A stretch of DNA of 29,509 nt, from IMG/VR virus record IMGVR_UViG_3300049722_000006, positions 1 through 29,509 of that record; one strand, written 5' to 3'. Origin of the DNA: a virus. Taxonomy: Duplodnaviria; Caudoviricetes. The position numbers were made by a program, and so were the translations under genes. Positions 16,166-25,203 of this stretch are shown piece after piece (the first letter of the stretch is position 1; every line of letters begins with the position of its first letter). The notes beneath the pieces were generated by a model. The model did not search any database. It worked only from the letters and a program-made list of their open reading frames with translations, and was not told the DNA's origin.

Positions 16166-17595
16166 CAGGCCACTCCTTCGCCGATATCGATAAATGCATC
16201 AGTCAGAGCGATTCGAACTGGATCGGATCCGGACAATTCGATGTATGGCTTACGTGCCTGTCCCATGGGACCGGGAAACCTGCAGCGATAGTCATATTGA
16301 CCGACTTTGCCTAAATACGCTTTCTTCTCGGATCCGAACGTGTAGCCGCCGTCTTTGGAATAACGCAGGACTGCTTGCGGATTTCCTGGATCGTCGGAAG
16401 TGTCGGCCTCAGCGATTCCCTCTCCTACTTCAGCCAAAACCTCAAGATTTGCCGGAAAGAGGTATTTATTCTCGCTAATGCCAAGCGGCAGACCGCGCAT
16501 CCAGCGGCGGGCGTCTCCGTTGTCGTCGTTTATTGTTGGGCTCAGCTCGTAGATATTGCCGGTAAGATAGTCGCCCACCAGGTGCTTGCCCCATGCGAAG
16601 CAATGAACCTGGCCGCGAAAACGATTCCAAAGCGAGTGCGTTACGTCCCAATAGGACCACTCCGAAAAGGTCTGAGTCGCGCAATCATAAACCCATGTCT
16701 TATCGGCTGTCGGAAAATGCCAAACGCAGAAGGCATGCCCAGCGATGCGGATCGGATAGCCGATGCAATCTGAAACGTCCGCGTAGGTCGCCAGTTCCTC
16801 GTCAAGCCCATGATTGCTGATCCAAAGCGGGGTGTAGCCCTGTGCGCGAAAGAATGAATATCCGCCGGCGTCATTCGTGCCAAGAAAGAAAAGAGCATTG
16901 TCCTGCTGGATTATGCTTTCTTTGGCCGGGCACCCGCATTGAATCAGCGCCCCTTCGACTCGCTCATAAGGGAAATCGGAATTCCCGGAATCGTAAAAGG
17001 GCTCGATGGAGCGCTGGCCGAAAGTCCAGATTTGCCGGTGATTGGCTATGATTCCGGTTATATCGTCCGGGTCGCCTTCGGCAGATGTGAAGTCCAGCGG
17101 ATCCCAAACGATTCCATCATACTGTCCGGAAAGTTTGAAAATCTGCGAATCTGGTGTCAAGCCAGCAAAATAGCCGTCAGCAAAAACAATCTGAGCGAGC
17201 TCGATATCCGGAACGGCGGCGAGTCCGTTCGTCGCCAGGTCGTGCATATAGACTTTTGACCCGCTGACAAGCCCGAGCTGGAAACGGTTGCTGGCATAAC
17301 TGATTTTCTTCTGATCGTCTAAAATGGTTCCGCGCAGAATGGAGGTGTGATCAGAAAACAGTTCGTAAAGGTTGCCGCCCGATACCGCCCAGCAACGGTT
17401 GCGCTCGAAATAAAGCATCCTTATCGGGCCTTCTCCGATATTCCAGCGGGAAACATAACCAGGGCGGCCACGCAGAACAGACTTGCCATTCGCGTTTTCC
17501 ACATAGAGATTTCGGCATATCTCGTTTCCGACAATCAAGCTCTGCGCTTTATACGATCCGCTGATAAAATTCTTGATCTGCACTATCTGCTCCAC
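16165..17595 (-). CDS. Tail hub / packaged-DNA stabilization protein (P22 gp10-like)
   Basis: 476 aa; NLYVE...LRGRPG, DPLDFTSAEGDPDDI, FPTADKTWVYD, LRYSKDGGYTFG motifs; GTG start. Confidence 0.9.
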   Translation of the reverse strand: MEQIVQIKNFISGSYKAQSLIVGNEICRNLYVENANGKSVLRGRPGYVSRWNIGEGPIRMLYFERNRCWAVSGGNLYELFSDHTSILRGTILDDQKKISYASNRFQLGLVSGSKVYMHDLATNGLAAVPDIELAQIVFADGYFAGLTPDSQIFKLSGQYDGIVWDPLDFTSAEGDPDDITGIIANHRQIWTFGQRSIEPFYDSGNSDFPYERVEGALIQCGCPAKESIIQQDNALFFLGTNDAGGYSFFRAQGYTPLWISNHGLDEELATYADVSDCIGYPIRIAGHAFCVWHFPTADKTWVYDCATQTFSEWSYWDVTHSLWNRFRGQVHCFAWGKHLVGDYLTGNIYELSPTINDDNGDARRWMRGLPLGISENKYLFPANLEVLAEVGEGIAEADTSDDPGNPQAVLRYSKDGGYTFGSEKKAYLGKVGQYDYRCRFPGPMGQARKPYIELSGSDPVRIALTDAFIDIGEGVA

Positions 17596-18314
17596 CCATC
17601 CGCGTAACTGCCATGACTGCCGCCGCGGCCGCCGAAAGGCGTCGTGTTCGCGCGCGGAGACTTAATATTCCTGATCTGAATGCTTCGCCGCGCCTTGCTT
17701 GCCCGATCCGCCAGGTTGGCCGGCATTGGTCGTGACATCGGACTGCAAAGCATTTCTGCAAGAGTCAGCCGCATTGCTAGCGGGTAGCCATAAGGCGCCG
17801 CATAGGTACTGGTTAGGTCCGTTTCCGCAATTTGCGCAATCGAAACCCACAGCATCAATCTAATGTCGAAAGCAACCGTCGGAATAGGCCACAGATAGAG
17901 CGATACATTCGGCCAATCGTAGCCGGGATATAAATCTGTCGGAATCCCTGAAGTAACGGTTTTAACCCGTTTCTGCTGCCACCATTCGTCATCGCGGATT
18001 GCAAGCGGGCAATCAACCGGTGTCGCTGAATTTGTCAGGACAATGGCGGCGCCCTCAATTCTTGCAGGGGTCGCGGCGGCAAAATCGGGACTCGAAAGTC
18101 CCGGCCCGATTAAATGCGGCTGATGGTTTGCGGTGAGCGTGAATGCAGGGAAATTCACGTTGTAGGCAAAAGGCCGACGCCCCGCCCATTCATCCAGAAT
18201 TTCATTCAACAGGTCCATGGCGAGCTTTTCATGGGCGGCGGAAGGAGGATCTTCTACGCTATAAGAGTTTATTTCAACGAAAGCTAGTTTGATCAGATCG
18301 CGCCATGTGCTCAT
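17583..18314 (-). CDS. Head-to-tail adaptor (P22 gp4-like)
   Basis: MSTWRDLIKLAF...AMDLLNEILDEW...LYLWPIP...LAMRLTLAEML; SD GAGG before ATG 18314. The track's upstream extension overlaps another gene. Confidence 0.85.
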   Translation of the reverse strand: MSTWRDLIKLAFVEINSYSVEDPPSAAHEKLAMDLLNEILDEWAGRRPFAYNVNFPAFTLTANHQPHLIGPGLSSPDFAAATPARIEGAAIVLTNSATPVDCPLAIRDDEWWQQKRVKTVTSGIPTDLYPGYDWPNVSLYLWPIPTVAFDIRLMLWVSIAQIAETDLTSTYAAPYGYPLAMRLTLAEMLCSPMSRPMPANLADRASKARRSIQIRNIKSPRANTTPFGGRGGSHGSYADGWSR

Positions 18315-18396
18315 CTTCGCATCCTCGCTCGTCTGGCTCCGGTCGTGCCCGCAGCAGGGGTGTACGTAACCGTTATGGAATCCGTCCCCATTTGGA

Positions 18397-18780
18397 TTAT
18401 TCTTCTTTGTCCTTTTTGCCCTTCTTCGCCGCTTTGAGGTTTTCGTTTTCCGTCTTGAGCGCTTCAAGCTCGTCAAGGAGGTCTTGATCTTCCTCGTACT
18501 CGCCTTCGGAGGAAACCGGCTCGGCTCGGCGTGGATATGGATCGACTTGCCAGCCAGCTTTCTCAAGCGCTTTCTGCTCGTCGGCGTTGTTGGCCGTCCT
18601 GTGCGCCCGGCCGCCATGATGGAACATGATTTTCGGGAATTCCTTAAACTGGTAAGGCTTTGACGGAGGGTTGTTCAGGTCGAATTCCTGAGGCTGATTC
18701 TTGCCGGTTTCCATGTCGTGCTTGCCGAGAAGCTCGCGCATGTGTTCGTATTCTTCATCGGTTAATTGCTTATTTGTCAT
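18397..18780 (-). CDS. Hypothetical head-module protein (127 aa)
   Basis: YQFKEFPKIMFH...EQKALEKAGW pattern and basic tail; SD GAGG. Confidence 0.8.
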   Translation of the reverse strand: MTNKQLTDEEYEHMRELLGKHDMETGKNQPQEFDLNNPPSKPYQFKEFPKIMFHHGGRAHRTANNADEQKALEKAGWQVDPYPRRAEPVSSEGEYEEDQDLLDELEALKTENENLKAAKKGKKDKEE

Positions 18781-18787
18781 ATGTCCT

Positions 18788-19123
18788 CTAATTAGGCTTT
18801 TTAGGTTCTTGGCCGTTTGTTTTTTCCTTGTCTTCTTTTTCTTTCAAAGCCTTTGCCCTGTTATCCAGCTCAGAGATAAACCATTCACATTGCTGGATCG
18901 CTCCCCCGATTGCCTGAAGATTGGCTGCCATTTGGGCTTGGGCTGACTTTAATTCTTCTAGCCTCTTTTGAACGTCTACTTTTGTAATTACTAGCGGCTT
19001 TGGATCCGGCGTTTGATCTTCTGCAATGATCGTTCCGGTAGGAAGCTCAAGCGTCTGAGCTGATGCCATAGGAAGAAGGCTTGTTGCTAATGCGATTCCG
19101 ATTACAGCGATAAGATATTTCAT
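18788..19123 (-). CDS. Signal-peptide-bearing coiled-coil protein (111 aa)
   Basis: MKYLIAVIGIALATSLLPMASA|Q followed by QKRLEELKSAQAQMAANLQAIGGAIQQCEW. Confidence 0.75.
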   Translation of the reverse strand: MKYLIAVIGIALATSLLPMASAQTLELPTGTIIAEDQTPDPKPLVITKVDVQKRLEELKSAQAQMAANLQAIGGAIQQCEWFISELDNRAKALKEKEDKEKTNGQEPKKPN

Positions 19124-19126
19124 ATT

Positions 19127-19160
19127 AAAAGGGAAAAGGGGCGGATCCGAAGACCCGCCC
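19127..19160 (-). terminator. Intrinsic terminator after the capsid genes
   Basis: GGGCGGGTC-TTCG-GATCCGCCC followed by CTTTTCCCTTTT; C(UUCG)G loop. Confidence 0.8.
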
Positions 19161-19166
19161 GGTTAG

Positions 19167-19364
19167 TCAGGTTTCGACAATTTCAAGGCGTACGATAACG
19201 GCCCATCTCTTATCTCGCGCCGGGCCCTGATTGAAAATCATCTCTCCGCCGTCTCCGGTGGTTTAAATCTTCAAGTTGGCCGGATGCTCGATATTGAAAG
19301 CTGCGAGCCCGTTTTTATTTACCGACGCTGAAATTGCCAGTTCTAATAGATCAATGGTTGGCAT
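19167..19364 (-). pseudogene. 65-codon ORF interrupted by an in-frame TAA (or two tiny ORFs)
   Basis: SD GGAGG; MPTIDLLELAISASVNKNGLAAFNIEHPANLKI*TTGDGGEMIFNQGPARDKRWAVIVRLEIVET; TAA at 19263-19265; ends just before the terminator. Confidence 0.5.
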
Positions 19365-19389
19365 TGATTTATGCCCTCCATTAAGTTAG

Positions 19390-20361
19390 TTAGCTGCAGG
19401 TCGCAGCAAGCGGTATCCATCTTGCCGTGCCGTCTACTCGAACCTTTATTCCCCCGGTCGTGCCGGTAACAGCACTAGGGGTGCAAGTGGTGTTTGCTTC
19501 CGGAGTGTACGTATTGGTCTCTATGTCGAAAACATAGGTGGCCTTCCCAAACATGCGGACATGCGAACTGATAACTCCGCCTCCGGCCGCTTCAGTGTAA
19601 ATCGCGTTGATGATGGTCGAGGTTCCGGAATTGTAGCCGTAAATGTTGGCCTGAACTGCTCCAACATTGCCAGCCGAAACCGTGCCTCCGGTTACATCCA
19701 ACTGGCCATAAATACCAGCCAAGGAAGTGCCTGAGAAGGTGCCGGTTCCCGTGACCGCCTTTCCCTGAGTGCCGTAAAGATAGGCCCCCGAAATGGTTGA
19801 TCCGGTCGCCATTGTCACGGCCCCGCGCACTCCCACCAGGTTTCCAGAAGTCATAGTGCTGGCAGTTGTAACCTCTCCCATGATCTGGCGATATGTTCCA
19901 GGCGTGGCACTGACGGAAGTGAACAGGCTTGTAAACGGTGTTTCCTGCGTCCACGTGCTCGAAGTACAGTTGATCCTATTCCCCGTCCTAACATTGATTA
20001 TCGGGAGATAGGACCAGCTCGAACTTGAGCATGCCCCAACAGGGTCGAGCGGTTGGCTGATAAACAGCTTAACTGGGCCAACCCAAACCATCGCCCCCGA
20101 AGCATGCAGCCCGGCGGATGTCCCGCTCATGCCTCTTGTGACGCCAATGGATGTGCCGCTTACCGAAGTCACGTTCATCACTTCGGCATCGATGAAGGCC
20201 ATAGTCGAGCCGGCCGTGAAGCCGGTCGCTGATGCAACCCTGATCGTTTGCGCCGAAGTGCTGGACACCGCGGCGGACAAAGTGGTTTGCGTTGTGGTGG
20301 CCGCGACGGCCGGGATACAGAGAGCCAAAAGCAAAGCAATTATTGTAAGTGTTTTTCTCAT
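19390..20361 (-). CDS. Putative capsid decoration/head-fibre protein with signal peptide (323 aa)
   Basis: Immediately after the coat gene, SD GGAGG; MRKTLTIIALLLALCIPAVA|A; TTLSAAV...IDAEVM...VTRG..GT.A..H.SGA domain; Thr/Ser/Gly-rich beta repeats. Confidence 0.75.
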   Translation of the reverse strand: MRKTLTIIALLLALCIPAVAATTTQTTLSAAVSSTSAQTIRVASATGFTAGSTMAFIDAEVMNVTSVSGTSIGVTRGMSGTSAGLHASGAMVWVGPVKLFISQPLDPVGACSSSSWSYLPIINVRTGNRINCTSSTWTQETPFTSLFTSVSATPGTYRQIMGEVTTASTMTSGNLVGVRGAVTMATGSTISGAYLYGTQGKAVTGTGTFSGTSLAGIYGQLDVTGGTVSAGNVGAVQANIYGYNSGTSTIINAIYTEAAGGGVISSHVRMFGKATYVFDIETNTYTPEANTTCTPSAVTGTTGGIKVRVDGTARWIPLAATCS

Positions 20362-20373
20362 GGTTTTGGCCTC

Positions 20374-21618
20374 CTATGCCATCGCTATGCAGCAAGCGCC
20401 GGAATCGACATAGCCGTTTCCGAAGCCGCCAAGGGAATCCATGCGATTGACCTGCACGGATCGGTACGGATCCCATGCTTTAACTTTTCTGATCGACAAG
20501 CCGCTGGCTGGATCTTGAGCCTGTCCGCGGTCCTCAACGGCTTTCGGCAGGTACAACTTGGCGCCGACAAGCATGAAGGCGAACATGGACATCATCAAAC
20601 CAACGGTTCCTGTTTTTGCAGTGGTCCCGTAAGAACTTCCGGGCCACATGGTAATAGTTGCTCCGTTCTGGGGCAGAACATCCACGTTCTGATACTGAGA
20701 CTCCGGACCGTAAATCGCCGGGAGAATCGAGATCGTGTAGGATGTGTTTGCATCCGTGAGTGTGAAATCATCTGTGATGGTAAAGACTTTTTCCCCCTTG
20801 GGACCGACAATCGCGCGGCTCTTGGGATTGACGCGGTTTACATTGAGAAGAGAGATTTTGTCTCCCTTTTTCAGCGTGTCGCCCGCGTTGGTGGTCCGGA
20901 CTACCAGACTCGTGCCGCTCTGATCGGAACCATAAACGGTGAACGTACCCGCCACTACTCCGGTTGTGTGACTGACGAGTGAGTTGGACTCAAAGAAGGA
21001 AGCGCCGGCCAACTTGCCAATGCTGCCCTCTTTCCACATCCGCGTAATTTCGTCATCCGGATGGAAGATGTTGGTTATGTTTGTTCCCAGAGTTGTCATC
21101 TGAGATGAACTGATGATCGCAGCGCGCTTCCCTTTCGGACAGGACATTTCCTTCAGTGCCTGCCGAGCCTTGTAGAAATTCTGCACGCTGGTGGAGTCGG
21201 TCCCGAGAGCTCCGACGACGTTTGAGCAATTCTGATATGCCCACTGTGCACAGCGCCGGTCCCATTCCTCGGCCATTGCAGCCGCGCATGGCTCCCAGTA
21301 ATTCTCCCTCAGCTCCTCTTCGGAGCGTTCGAGTTTGACGGCTCTTTCGTAGTCGTCCCATTCGAAATTGATTCTCAGCCATTGATCAAGGCTGATTGTG
21401 GTGTACAGCCGCTCGATGGCATCGGCTTCATAGCCCATGCCGTCATGAACTCGCGGCCTCCAGGGAATCTTCACGCGGACTGTTGCGCCCGGCGCGAATT
21501 CCTTTTCGAATTCCTTCTGATACTCTTTCGCGAAATATTCCGCGCAAACCAGGTCATTCAAGAGCAATCTGAGAATCTCCCTGCAGACCCAATCTGTATT
21601 AATCCATTGGTTAGGCAT
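20374..21618 (-). CDS. Major capsid protein (P22 coat protein gp5 family)
   Basis: 414 aa after the scaffold; EILRLLLNDLV...GATVRVKIP, TLKKGDKISLLNVNRVNP, ISILPAI, SGLSIR...RMDSLGG patterns. Confidence 0.92.
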   Translation of the reverse strand: MPNQWINTDWVCREILRLLLNDLVCAEYFAKEYQKEFEKEFAPGATVRVKIPWRPRVHDGMGYEADAIERLYTTISLDQWLRINFEWDDYERAVKLERSEEELRENYWEPCAAAMAEEWDRRCAQWAYQNCSNVVGALGTDSTSVQNFYKARQALKEMSCPKGKRAAIISSSQMTTLGTNITNIFHPDDEITRMWKEGSIGKLAGASFFESNSLVSHTTGVVAGTFTVYGSDQSGTSLVVRTTNAGDTLKKGDKISLLNVNRVNPKSRAIVGPKGEKVFTITDDFTLTDANTSYTISILPAIYGPESQYQNVDVLPQNGATITMWPGSSYGTTAKTGTVGLMMSMFAFMLVGAKLYLPKAVEDRGQAQDPASGLSIRKVKAWDPYRSVQVNRMDSLGGFGNGYVDSGACCIAMA

Positions 21619-21620
21619 TT

Positions 21621-22718
21621 TTACCTTCCGCTACGTTTTGCCATATCGCGCCGGTTCATCTCGTCTCTGTATTGGTTGAATGGCACGGTACGGATGTCCG
21701 CCTCCTTGATGTCCTTCGGCGTGCCTTTGTGGCCGCCGATATCGACGCCAGGAGGAGGGGCTTTGGATACTTTACGGGAGACAAATTTGCCGGATTCGTC
21801 GCGCTCGGGCGTTTCGCCTTCTTCCTCTTCAGCGCCCTCTGCTTCTGCGGGCTTGGCTTCCTTGCCGTTTCCATTGCCCTTGCCTTTTGTCAGCTCTTCT
21901 TGAACCATGCGTTCAAGGTGAGCTATTTGGCGGATAGCCTGGCCGGGCTGGTTTCGTGCAAGTTCAAGCAAAGCCGCATAATCTTCGGGCTTGCTGCCGA
22001 TGACATACAGAAGGTCAACCATAACGGGGGATTCCTCGATTATCGCCTTGACGGCTCCGGGAATCTTGGCGTCACTGATAATCTCGCCTACCGTGGTGGT
22101 TATGACTTTTTGGGCATCTTCGCCATACCGCTGTTTTGCATCGGAAAGTTTTTCCGTGAATTCGCGCCGCCGATTCTGCTCGTCGGTTGTGCGCTGGAAT
22201 TCTCGGACGGCCTCTAAGCGGTCGATCTCTCTATTCTTGGATTCATAGACATCCATTGCGGTTTCGTACTCCGCTTCCGGATCATCTTTGTCCATGAAAT
22301 CGGACATTTTCGGGCGCTTCGGGCGTTCGGGCGGTTTTTCGGTTGTCTCCGGTGCTGCTTTCACCTGTTCGATCTTCTGCGCTTCCCGCTTAAAGGTCTT
22401 CAGTTCTGAAGGGGAAAGGCCGGCTTTTTTGAGATCTGTTAAAACCTCATCAAGACGCGCTTTGGCGCTTCTTCGGTCTTCATTCGTCTCCTTGGGTTCT
22501 TTACCCGCTTCCGGGGCGGGGGCGCTTTTTTGTCCAGGCTTATCGCCTGAGTCGGAGGGAATACCGGAGGTTTGCGCGGCTCCATTCGCGGGTTTATCGT
22601 CTGCCTTTGGCTCGGGAACTTTCCCGGTCATGCGCCATTCGGCATAAGCTTTTGAATCTGCTGGAATCGTGACCGGGGCGGACGGTGTTTCGTTCCCGGT
22701 CGGTGTATTTTCGTCCAT
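21621..22718 (-). CDS. Capsid scaffolding protein
   Basis: Highly charged, Pro-rich, between portal and coat; RPKMSDF...YE, RDESGKF, SKAPPP motifs; SD AGGAG before ATG 22718. Confidence 0.85.
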   Translation of the reverse strand: MDENTPTGNETPSAPVTIPADSKAYAEWRMTGKVPEPKADDKPANGAAQTSGIPSDSGDKPGQKSAPAPEAGKEPKETNEDRRSAKARLDEVLTDLKKAGLSPSELKTFKREAQKIEQVKAAPETTEKPPERPKRPKMSDFMDKDDPEAEYETAMDVYESKNREIDRLEAVREFQRTTDEQNRRREFTEKLSDAKQRYGEDAQKVITTTVGEIISDAKIPGAVKAIIEESPVMVDLLYVIGSKPEDYAALLELARNQPGQAIRQIAHLERMVQEELTKGKGNGNGKEAKPAEAEGAEEEEGETPERDESGKFVSRKVSKAPPPGVDIGGHKGTPKDIKEADIRTVPFNQYRDEMNRRDMAKRSGR

Positions 22719-22742
22719 TGTGCTCTCCTGAAAGCTACGGGC

Positions 22743-22789
22743 AAAAGAAAAGGGGCATCCGTGAATGTTCGTGGCATCCACGAAATGCC
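22743..22789 (-). terminator. Terminator-like hairpin upstream of the scaffold gene
   Basis: GGCATTTCGTGGATG-CCACGAA-CATTCACGGATGCC followed by CCTTTTCTTTT. Confidence 0.5.
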
Positions 22790-22854
22790 ACTTTTCCAAA
22801 CTCTTTCGAGCTTCACAGGCTGGCCGGCCCGAGTCTGCCCTTTGGTTTTAAAAT

Positions 22855-23067
22855 CTATGTGACCCAGGTCGCTATTACCGAGTCAATTTCCGTCACAGCC
22901 GCCTGAATCGCTGTTTTTTCCAGCGCGTATGTCAGTGCCGGGTCTCCTGCGTTTGCGATCCCTGCGGCCGCCCACGTTGGGTTGAGTTCATACGCCATGA
23001 GTTTCTGTTTTAGTAAATCTAAATCTTTGATGACTGCGTTTTTCTGTGCCTGCGTAATTGCCGACAT
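22855..23067 (-). CDS. Hypothetical protein (70 aa)
   Basis: ATG directly after the portal stop; SD GGAGG inside the portal 3' end. Confidence 0.75.
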   Translation of the reverse strand: MSAITQAQKNAVIKDLDLLKQKLMAYELNPTWAAAGIANAGDPALTYALEKTAIQAAVTEIDSVIATWVT

Positions 23068-25203
23068 TTACATTCCCTCCTGTTGTGGCGCCATTTCCTG
23101 CTGTTGCGCCGCTATCTGTGCATTCTGATCAGCCATGCTTGATTCATGGCTTTGCTGCGCGGTCGTCATTTCCTTTTCATGCTGCTGAACGCCGAGTTGC
23201 TTGATTAGATCCTCTACAAAGGCCAGGCGCTCCGATACATTCTGCGCCTTGGTTGTTACCTCGGCGATTGCGAGCTTGACCTCACGATCCTTGTCTCCTT
23301 CGCGGGCTTTATATTCATTGTCGATCACGCGGGCATCCATTTTCTGCTTCAGCTCGTCGATTTCCGCTTCCTTTTGCTTGGCATATTCATTCAGCGCCTG
23401 CATTTGCTGCTGCATCTGCTGCAAGGCCTGTTGCACTTGAGGCGGAATATTCTGATCCTTCTCGTCCGGAGAGAACAGGTCGGCTATCTCGTCTCCCTTA
23501 ATTCCAAGATTCATGGCTTTTACTGAAAGCGCCATGATCTTTGCTTGGATCGTGCCGGGCTGAGGGATCCCCTCTGGATGCGCAGAGAAATTCATCAGGA
23601 GCTCTTTGAATTCTTGCTGTACCGATGCATAGGCCGGTCCAGTGCTCACAGTCGGGAAGTGCTCTCCCTTATCTACTTGGTAATGTACCTGCCTTCCTGC
23701 CTCCTGATCAGCATAGGGCTGCTCCGTGTTGAGCGTAACGAGTTTTGTGCTATCGTCAGCCTTGCGCAAATGCATCTTTCGTTCGTTGTCGTAAATTTCA
23801 GATAGCCAGCTTTCTATAATTCGGCCTTCGAGCTGCAGTGATCGGTCATAATTGTCGGGAAAGTGGAAGCTGCCTACTTGCTCCGCCTGCTGCATCCGCT
23901 CTAAAGCAACACCTGATTTCTCATTCTGACGTTGCGCGGAAGTGGGAAGCGGTGATATTCCCATCGCCGCCTGAATGGCGCGGCGACAGGATTCTTTGAC
24001 AATCTCGTATTGCTGAAAATTAGGAACAAACTGATCTCGTGCAGGCAATGCAACGGTAATCCCGCGATCAAGCGCCCAATCTGGATAATCATACTGCAGA
24101 TAGGAAACCGGCTGTTTATTGGCGTTTGCATGGTTGTCCGCATCGGTCTCGAACTGTCCTGCCCAACCTCGAACGGGAGCCCGCGGAGATTGCCCCATTT
24201 CCTCAAGCTCCTGGCTTACAGCGTAGGCCATACTCATCTGAGGCTCTCGCGCCAGGTCGATCACGCCGCGCAGCTTGCGCTTTGCTCCGCTGCCTTCATC
24301 CACATAAAACTCTTGGCCAACACATGGGATGATCGGAATGTTTTCTCCGGGATGATCCTCCTTCCCCAGTTTTTCGACGCCGTTCGTGATATAGCGTACA
24401 AGATGCTTTACTTCTTCTTCACGCTCGTTTTCCGGTTCCAGCCCTTCTATTTTCTCATATCCACTTGAACCGTCAGGCCATTGATAAAAGGTTTTCCATT
24501 CACTGCGGATGTACCAGGCGGAGGCGATCAAAACCTGTTTGCGATCTCCTGAGAACCATTTAGGAGCGATTTCGTAATGCTCGGAAGTGAAATCTTTTAT
24601 CTCCGCCTTAGGAAATCGGCGCTTGAATTCCTTAATCGGCATCAATTCAAGCTCGAAGCATTTGCGGGCATCGGACCAGTCAGGCTCTTTGCAGTCCCAA
24701 TCGAAAAGAATGCTGTCGGGATTGACAATGGATTTGATCTGAATTTCCTGATCCCATGAGCCGGGCCGATAGGCATGCGTGATCTTTCGGAAACCATAGC
24801 CGCCCTGAATGGCATGCTCATAAGAAGTAATGCGCGCATTCTGCGCGTTACTCTTATACTCTGCCGTGCGGATAATGTCCTGATGCAGCGCTGCCGTGTC
24901 GTCCGTTGCCTCTTCTCCATCCGGGTCGATTTTGATTCCGCGTTTGTTTAGCCGAGCTTGGTTAACGGCTTGGTTGACGTACTGCATCAACTCGTCGTGA
25001 GATATCACCGGCCGTCCCGCGTCTTCGCGTTCCTTCCTGTCGTCCGGGTCCCATGGATCGCCCATCAGGTACCGCATGTTTGTGGCGCGGTTCTCCTGGG
25101 CGTCACTCCACATATCCGTTAGGTAGGCGTGGTCCTCGCGCAGCTCTTTCAGGAGAGCTTCATCATCGGATTCTGGATCAAGGTCTTCGTTTTCGTCAGA
25201 CAT
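23068..25203 (-). CDS. Portal protein (P22-like)
   Basis: 711 aa; GDPWD...GRPVISHDEL, IPIIPCVG, SGVAL, VSTGPAYAS motifs and a Gln-rich C-terminal coiled-coil barrel. Confidence 0.93.
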   Translation of the reverse strand: MSDENEDLDPESDDEALLKELREDHAYLTDMWSDAQENRATNMRYLMGDPWDPDDRKEREDAGRPVISHDELMQYVNQAVNQARLNKRGIKIDPDGEEATDDTAALHQDIIRTAEYKSNAQNARITSYEHAIQGGYGFRKITHAYRPGSWDQEIQIKSIVNPDSILFDWDCKEPDWSDARKCFELELMPIKEFKRRFPKAEIKDFTSEHYEIAPKWFSGDRKQVLIASAWYIRSEWKTFYQWPDGSSGYEKIEGLEPENEREEEVKHLVRYITNGVEKLGKEDHPGENIPIIPCVGQEFYVDEGSGAKRKLRGVIDLAREPQMSMAYAVSQELEEMGQSPRAPVRGWAGQFETDADNHANANKQPVSYLQYDYPDWALDRGITVALPARDQFVPNFQQYEIVKESCRRAIQAAMGISPLPTSAQRQNEKSGVALERMQQAEQVGSFHFPDNYDRSLQLEGRIIESWLSEIYDNERKMHLRKADDSTKLVTLNTEQPYADQEAGRQVHYQVDKGEHFPTVSTGPAYASVQQEFKELLMNFSAHPEGIPQPGTIQAKIMALSVKAMNLGIKGDEIADLFSPDEKDQNIPPQVQQALQQMQQQMQALNEYAKQKEAEIDELKQKMDARVIDNEYKAREGDKDREVKLAIAEVTTKAQNVSERLAFVEDLIKQLGVQQHEKEMTTAQQSHESSMADQNAQIAAQQQEMAPQQEGM

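Noticed and set aside
18315-18617. Arg/Lys-rich N-terminal extension of the gp4-like ORF
   Set aside because: It overlaps the 127-aa gene in another frame; ATG 18314 has an SD and family-like start.
2251-19364. Stop-codon reassignment to explain the two interrupted ORFs
   Set aside because: The interruptions use different codons (TGA and TAA), and TGA, TAA and TAG all end well-supported genes in this window.
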